Of a stretch of 64,000 nt of DNA, positions 56,445 through 64,000 are shown piece by piece. Both the position numbers and the translations under genes were made by a program. Every line of letters starts with the position of its first letter. The stretch's first letter is position 1. The DNA lies in contig NC_042998.1 of the NCBI RefSeq assembly GCF_006345805.1, positions 135,842,001 to 135,906,000 of the forward strand. The letters run 5' to 3'. This DNA is from Octopus sinensis (taxonomy: Eukaryota). The notes under the pieces were generated by a model, which worked only from the letters and a program-made list of their open reading frames with translations, did not search any database and was not told the origin of the DNA.

Positions 56445-56600
56445 TCTAATATATAAATGGCAATTTCTGTCTGTCAGTCTGTCTGTTACTATCTTGCTAT
56501 TTACACCAGTGAACCAATTTTGACGAAACTTTGCATACATATTAAACTAACATCCAGTTCAATTATAGGCTAATTGGAGTTCAATAAAAATCTATAATGG
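56445..56600 (+). mobile_element. Non-autonomous Helitron-like 5' end
   Basis: A|TCTAATATATAAA..(CTGT)n..CCAATTTTGACGAAACTTTGCA pattern. Confidence 0.45.
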
Positions 56601-56973
56601 TTGGGTTATTAGTTGATGAAATAAGAAGGGTGTAAAGAGTGTTAGTGTGAGGGAAATGTAGTGGCACAGTGAGTGTGGCTGATAACAGGGAAGGGAGAAC
56701 AGCATTGTATAAGTGATAAATATGAAGTGGTAGTGGGATAGTAATGTTAATACACTGTATACATACACACGCACACAACTAAATTTTAAAATGCCAAGGA
56801 AGGGAAAGAAACGTGGATGCGAGGAATACGTAGCTTTAAGGAGAGAGGGGATAGGTGGTTTTCTGCTGTCCATCACAAAGAAATACTCACACAGACACAC
56901 ACAAACAAACACATACATACATATATGCATACATACATACATACATACATACATACATACATACATACATACA

Positions 56974-57004
<31 letters not shown>

Positions 57005-57029
57005 GTCTATGTGTGTGTGTTACGTTCGT

Positions 57030-57330
57030 CTCTCACCCTTATGGAGGAGGGAACCTGTGGAAGCGGTAGACCCAGGAAGACACGGGATGAGGTGGTGAAA
57101 CATGATCTTTGAATGTTGGGCCTCACAGAGGCAATGACTAGTGATTGAGGTCTTTGGTGATATGCTGTGAGATCATAGTTATGGCCGATGCCAGTGTTGT
57201 GTAACTGGCACATAAAAATCACCTCTCAAACATTGGGTGATATGCTGTGCTTGAGAAGACCTGTCAAGCCAAGTGAAATTATAGCTGTGTCCAATGCCAG
57301 TACCAATTGACTGGCACCCATGCTGGTTCT
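57030..57330 (+). mobile_element. RTE LINE 3' fragment running into family-C tandem units
   Basis: EGTCGSGRPRKTRDEVVKHDL*MLGLTEAMTSD, followed by GGCCGATGCCAGTG..ACTGGCAC units. Confidence 0.75.
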
Positions 57331-58159
57331 ATAATAGAACCAAGGGTTGATCTCAGAAAGATTGATGCCAAAAGAGTAAAGAATATATATGTTCTTATTT
57401 CTTGGAGTTAAGTATCTTTTAAAATCTGAAACAATAATAACATCTTTTATCTTTTACTTGTTTCAGTCACTGACCTGCAGCCATGTTGGGACACCACCTT
57501 AAAGAGAATAGTTGACAAAATCTGCCCCTTATTTATTTTAACAAATCAATACCCTGTATTTATTTTATCAGTGTCTTTTGCTGAACTGCTAAGTTGCAAG
57601 GACATAATCAAACTAACACCAGTTGTCAAATAGTGCGGATGAAGAAAGACACACACACAAACCAACATGTATGATTAGGCCTCCACACTGATTTTGTCTA
57701 CCAAATTTACCCACAAAGCATCGATTAGCCTGAGGCTATAGCAGAAGACAATAATCTAAAGTGCTGGGCAGCAGGACTAAATCTGAAACCACGTGGTTTT
57801 AAAGCGAGCTTCCTGACCACAAAGCCATTGTTGCATCTGATTAAAAAAAATTTTTTTTAATGGTAGAAATCTTACAAACTAACAGACACAAGGTCAATCT
57901 CATGGTCTGAATCTTTTGAGATGTTAAAATACAGATGTTAAAATGTGACAACAGAAGATAACTGATAGAACTGCAAACCTCATAACAAACTTGATAATCA
58001 GTCAATTTTGATAACTTACAAAAATAATCCATCAACAGGCATTAACGTTTCCATTTCAGCTGAAACATTAGATGTTTCACACACAGCAAAAAAGATTAAT
58101 ATAACCATTAACTGTTCAGACAGAAATGAATTGGAAAATTTTCTGCTTACTAACCTAAT

Positions 58160-58780
58160 ACATCTATATACGTTTATCACTGGTTCATTTATCAGTGAAC
58201 TGGGATAATACAGTACACTCAATTGTGAACCAAGATACACTCGTCACAGACTGATCTGTGATAACACAAGTTGGTAATTGGCCAAAGATTCTGCTTAACC
58301 TGTGAAAGACATGCCCCAGTAACCATCCAATCCACAAAGCTCAGTTACTCAGAATGTACAGCTTATTGGTTTTGTTTACATGACTACAGCAAGATTGTGT
58401 ATTTTTAATGATTCTAATGTACAAAAAAAAAAGAAAAAGAGACAGGTGAGGGAACAACAAGCAAGGTATGGTAGTGGAGAGAGAGAGAAAAACAGTTGGG
58501 ATCCATCAACACACAACTAATGAAAAGAAAAAATATGAAGGGGCCTGATCTTAACATGTGATGCAGATGAGTGTACTCTCTCCAGGTAAAGGTAGAGATG
58601 ATCATGAAAATATTTAATGATGGAAGCTTTGCAGCTGTGAGCCATTGAGTTTAATGTCAATGAGACTACCATCCATTCCATTTGCAAAGTGTGTGGAGAT
58701 GATTCACTTATCACTGATCCATTTATCACTGTTTCCTTGGAACCAAATCCCCATAATAAATGAGGATTAATACCTATTAC
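58160..58780 (+). mobile_element. Decayed Tigger/pogo-like element with an N-terminal HTH remnant
   Basis: About 58565-58690 reads SLQVKVEMI..GSFAAV, frameshift, FNVNETTIHSICK. The end TTATCAC..CTTGGAACCAAATCCCC..ATAAATGAGGA is Tigger-like. Confidence 0.45.
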
Positions 58781-61700
58781 ACACTGAAGATAGATCTTAT
58801 AGCTAGCCATTAGACTAAATGTATTCCTGCTATATATGAGTTAAATGAATTAATCTTTCTAATGAAAAGATTATGGATAATTTTAATGGCTTAGTGAAAT
58901 CATTGGACAGAAGATTTTGTGGCATTTATTTAGGACTCTTCATGGTCTGAGTTCAATCCCATCAAAGCCAATTCTACTTTTCACCCATCTGAGGATCAGT
59001 CAAATAAAGTACTAATAAAATAGGTGGTGTGTATTCAGTTGATTATCTCATGAACATGGTTGTGTGGTTAAGATGTTTACTTCTCAATCTCATGGTTTTG
59101 AGTTCAGTTCCACAATGAGGAATCTTGGGCAAGTGTTTTCTACTATAGGCCAAGATTAACCAAAGCCTTGTGAGTGTTTTTAAAAAATGGAAACTGAAAG
59201 ACGCCCATTATACATACATAATATATATATATATCATCATTATCATTTAATGTCCATGCTGGCATGGATTGAATGTTTTGAGAGGAACCGATGTGCCAGA
59301 GAACAGCATGAAGTTCCAATGGGGAGAGGTTGTGAGTTTTTGTCATGACATAGCACATGAGTTATAAACAACCCTCACCATAGTACAAGCAATGTTGCAA
59401 GTTTTACACTCTTTCATGAAAACATATTTCCCATAGGGAAATATCAACTTGGAAGTTGGTAAGGGGTGACAAAATGAAGGGCATCCAGTCAGAGAAAATT
59501 TGCCTCAATGAATTCCATTAACTCATACAAGCAGGGAAAAGTCGAGGTTAAATGATGATAATGGTGATAACTATTATTTCAATATACAGTGTTATGTCAA
59601 TAGAATATTTTATTTTAAAAACTGGCTGCTGCAAAACAACTACTTTCCACAGAAGAAAGATGCATGTTTTTTTTTCCTATAATTTTTCTTCTTTTCTTTC
59701 TTGGTTCCAGCAGAGATTGTGATGCACTGCAATAAGAATGAAATGACACAGTCTATATCTGCTCTTCATTCAATAGCTGAAACCAAAAATTTGCAGAAGA
59801 ATTATAATACAATGCTGTTGTTCGGTGTCAAATTTGAGCTGATCCAGGAGAGACTGATAATCAAAGAGGTTAAAGATATGACCATACTGTCTTTGTTTAG
59901 AAATAGTGTCATTGTTAGTAGCACTTTTACAGTAACAGGTTTATTAATGAATCTTAGTGGTACAGACACGAGGTATATTGAAACAATCATTACCACCACC
60001 TCCATCATCATCATCATCGTTGTCATCATCATCATCAACACTACCAACATCGTTATCATCACTGTCACCACCACCACCAGTAGTATTGTCGTCATCGTTT
60101 TACACCTATTTTTCTATGCAGAGATGAGTTGTACAGGTTTCACAGCACCTCACCTTTTGTGATACACAGCAACAGTAATGGAAAAATGGCAGTTTTTATT
60201 GCTATATATGTCACTTGAGAAAAAAAGATTTTTTTCTTTTTTACAACTGGATGCCTTTCCTCTCACCAAACCATTTTAACCTTTAAGCATTTAAACTGGC
60301 CATATCTAATCCAAATATTCTGTTTTGTCCTCAAAATGGCCAGATCTGGCTTCTCACATCTACCTTGCAATATCATTCTAAAAATAAACAGTTGCATTAT
60401 TGAAATCTCAAAGCTACATGATTAATTCAAAATAATGTGAATAAATAAGCATTACATTTAACAGTGTAATCTGAAAGCTAAATGGTTAACATACAGATGA
60501 TTATGATATGGAATTATGTGACTCAAAGCACCCACTCTTTAACTTTTTAAAAAATAGTATGGAATACAGTAGGATTTGAAGGGTATTTGGTTGTTATTTC
60601 GAGCAGATCAAGCAATCAGATAGAGATGGAAATACTGCTCATTCAAACTTGTAGGAGCATAAGAAAGAGAAACACTAAAAGTGCTAAAAGTAATTCTCAA
60701 AGAATTCCACTACACTCACTTCAAACCCCATCTCTAAACATTACTCCCTTCACACGCATATAAAACTATCCACCCTCTCTTCCTCTTGATTCATTGTTGA
60801 TATCCTCTCATATGTTCACCTTCTTGTGCCATGAGAGTACACTCTTGACACCCTATCACTACCCTCTGTATTTTCTTCCCAACTATTCTGATGTGGAGAT
60901 GCATGGCTTAGTGGTTAGGGTGTTGGACTCATGATTGTAAAATTGTGGTCTTGATTCCTAGACCGTGTAACGCATTGTATTCTTGATCAAAACAATTTGT
61001 TTTACATTATTCTAGTCCGCTCAACTGGCAAAAGAGAGTCATCCTGCAACAGACCAGCATCTCATCCTGGTGGGGAATACATATGCCATGAAACTGGGAA
61101 ACTGGTTCTTGTGAGTTGGCATGATTTGAGAAGGTAACTTAGCTTTTCTAAACTATTCTGATCCTTATATGATGTTGGGTAACCATGTAGCTCCTCTATA
61201 GCAAGACATCTATGCTTGTCCCTCTATTATACTTTACTTTAGCCTTTCAAATTCTGGCATAAAGCCATTTCCTTCTGGTTGGCACAAAAAAGAGCACCGA
61301 ATACACACTATAAAGTGGTTGGCATTAGAAAGGACATCCAGTTGTAGAAACCATGCCACTAGAGCTCAGTGCAGCCCTGTGGCTAACCAGATCCTGTCAA
61401 ACTGTCCATCCCATAGAAAACGGATCTTAAATGATGACGGTGACAACGATGACGATGAGGAAGAGGGGGAGGAGTATTTCTAAAATAATACATTAGTTTT
61501 TATACCTGGAGAAACTTTGTGTTGAATAGAAATGACTGTAACAAAATAAATGATAGTGGCTGTAGGTACATTCTTGAATTTTATTATGTCAATTGTAAGT
61601 CTACTTCAGAATGAGCGATTTAGGAGTAAGTTTCACAGCAGAAGTAAAGAAAAGGAACTTTTATTTATTTATTCATTTTTTTAAGAGTGAGAAAAGTGAA

Positions 61701-62302
61701 TGACACACTCAAACATGAACAGCTAGACCATTACGGAATCTTAAAATCTAAACACAAGCTATGGTACACATGACTAAACAAATAAAATGATTACAAAGGA
61801 AATGAGGCATGTCAAGTAGACAGAAGGACTATGTTTTATTCTGTGATACATTTATTTATGTAACTTACTCAGAAACTGACTCAAAAATTCACTTTCAACA
61901 AATCTGTGTGTGTGTGTGTGTGTATGTATATGTATATGCACGTGTTTGTGTGCATGCGTGTGTAGCTCTTTTCAAGTGGGTCAAAAATATTTTGCAAGAG
62001 TTTTATCGTTTCTTTTTAAAATAAACAATAAAACATTGAGGTGTTTATGAGTAAGGAAGTAGTGGAAAGTGAGATAAATCTGGAGTACATAAATATGGTG
62101 GGGTGGATTATGGGGTGGAAAAAAAACGTGACAACAATAATGCACAGGAAATGGATCAAAGAGAAAAATAGCAATTATGAAACTTTAAAAGCAATTATTA
62201 AAAGCATAAGGTGCTGGGACGGCTATAAGGGTATGAATGGCTGTGTGGATATGAAAGTCGCTTTGTAACCACATTGTTTTAAGCTCAAACCTAATAGGTG
62301 GC

Positions 62303-62773
62303 TAATGATTTGTAGGTACGCGGTATTTCGTTATGCAACCATGATATACTATAAAGTATATTAAATGCTTTTGTAAGTCAATACCGCAGTAGAAAGCGAT
62401 ATTGACTATAAAAACGTTTAATATACTTTATAGTATACTGTGGTTGTATAATGAAACACTGTGTACCTAAAAGTCATTAGTATTTACATACCAGCTTCCA
62501 GGAATATGTTTAATATGTAAAATTGGTATATCCAATAACTACACCGATATACATAGTGGCTATTTAAGCAATGTGTTCGAGAATGATTAAAGGATTAGAT
62601 GAGTGCTGATGAAGACACCCCCCCCCCCGCGCTCCCAGAAATATGGCATATATGCACCCATTACCCATTTTTCATCTTCCAACTCATTATTTCATCACAC
62701 CTGAAACGTAACAAAAATTAGTGCTGGCTATAATGTCTATAGACTATCTGCAGAGATAAACTTAACAAGTAAT
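62303..62773 (+). mobile_element. 471-bp insertion with a 5' inversion, a decayed hammerhead and a 12-bp TSD, splitting a family-B SINE
   Basis: CTAATAGGTGGC occurs at 62291-62302 and 62774-62785, and the SINE resumes after the second copy. Hairpin at 62302-62480, CTGATGA at 62606 and GAAA at 62638. Confidence 0.8.
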
Positions 62774-62890
62774 CTAATAGGTGGCATTTTGGACGAGTGT
62801 TTTTTATAATAGCTTCAGACTGAACAATGCATTATGAACCAAACTGACAAATGGCAACTGTAGGAGAACCTATCAAACACATGAACACAC

Positions 62891-62928
<38 letters not shown>

Positions 62929-62929
62929 G

Positions 62930-64000
62930 TATTGACTGTCAGTAGAAAGAGTATCCAATACTATATCAGAGGTAAGAATACTTTTATTTAGCCGAATCAG
63001 TCTCCTGCTACTTTGCATTCGCAGACACTACTACTTTGCATTCATAGTGCAAACTAGATAAATGGAAGTCAAAATCACTTTGTAACTTTTGCTAATTAAG
63101 AACAAAATATATGTATGTTAGGAAGGGCATCCAACCACACATAAGGAGGAGGAGGAGGAGGGGAGGGAAGAAGAAGAAGAAGAAGAAGAAGAAGAAGAAG
63201 AAGAAGAAGAAGAAATTTATGAAAACTGATGTGACTCTTCAAAAAGGTAAATAAGCAATAAGAGTGTCTGTCTTCCTTGGGTTCAAAATGGAAAATGAAA
63301 AAATGCAGAAATATAGACATCTAAAATATCAATGAGAATATCCTGCATTCTTTTTTTAGACAAAATGACAATATCAGTTTTTCATAACTGGTTACAAGGG
63401 AAAAGAAAAAAAAGAAAACAAGAAAGGGAACTCAGTCAAACAGTTTTGAGTAAATGTGATGAAATTTGCCTGTCATTTTATTCATTCTTCCAGGGAGTGA
63501 CAAATATATTTGTCCTTACGCATTTTGAGGGCTGAAAGTGCAGTGGTGTCAGAATATTTTCTGAGAATGTGCTCTTTCAAGTGTTCCTCAAAATTACAGC
63601 TATTTGATGTAGAATGTTTGGCAAGTACTATTGAACTACTGCTATTGTGCCTAACGTCAAACCTACACCCACTGGATCTTTTATTTAATTGCTCTGTTGT
63701 GCAACCAATATAAATCAAGTTGTGTTCGATGCATTCCACTGCATACAGCAAATAAGAATCTTTATATGTCCCACCTTCTGTATAAATCTGAACATATGTT
63801 ACAATTTGTGATGGAATTGACTTGACTCATATTGTTGCACAATGAACAGGGCTTACCATTCTTGCAGCTGTTTTTTGGGGTACAGCATTCAGACTCCAAT
63901 GGTAGTTTTCTTGGGGTTAGAGTTAGTGTTTAATAGCTCTAAAATATTTTTATTTGCATCTAAAGGGGTACAATAGGTAGATGAGGAAATATTTGTTTTA
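62930..64000 (-). mobile_element. Penelope-like element 3' part with a GIY-YIG endonuclease remnant; runs off the window edge
   Basis: 63482-63751 reads LLYAVECIEHNLIYIGCTTEQLNKR..VLAKH. Upstream are GKPCSLCNNM (CxxC) and GGTYKDSY, with frameshifts. Confidence 0.8.

Noticed and set aside
57969-58208. Open frame rich in N-x-S/T motifs
   Set aside because: There are no convincing splice sites, the end overlaps a probable Tigger remnant, and such motifs are common in AT-rich frames.

Overview
AT-rich, repeat-dominated animal genomic DNA. The SINE families, (TA)n arrays and retroelement mix suggest an octopus or other coleoid cephalopod; this is inference from pattern recognition, not a database match. 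No intact protein-coding gene is visible, and most long ORFs are microsatellite artefacts. The window holds three tRNA-derived SINE families; CR1/L2-, RTE- and R4/Dong-type LINE fragments; an internally deleted Helitron; a gag remnant; piggyBac- and mariner-like MITEs; and about 8 kb of TA-type microsatellite. The main signal is six sequence-distinct minimal type I hammerhead-ribozyme (HHR) motifs at 12813-12890, 35875-35913, 41151-41205, 48839-48897, 55748-55792 and 62599-62661. One has an intact core and two have the compensatory U3:A8 variant. They sit in short inserts, usually about 100-120 nt from the insert 3' end. Four abut (TA)n arrays, three lie in inverted-repeat structures, and one is bounded by a 12-bp target-site duplication (TSD). 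Two GIY-YIG remnants lie nearby, which points to a diverse set of ribozyme-bearing Penelope-like elements. All structures and alignments were read by eye and coordinates of decayed elements are approximate.
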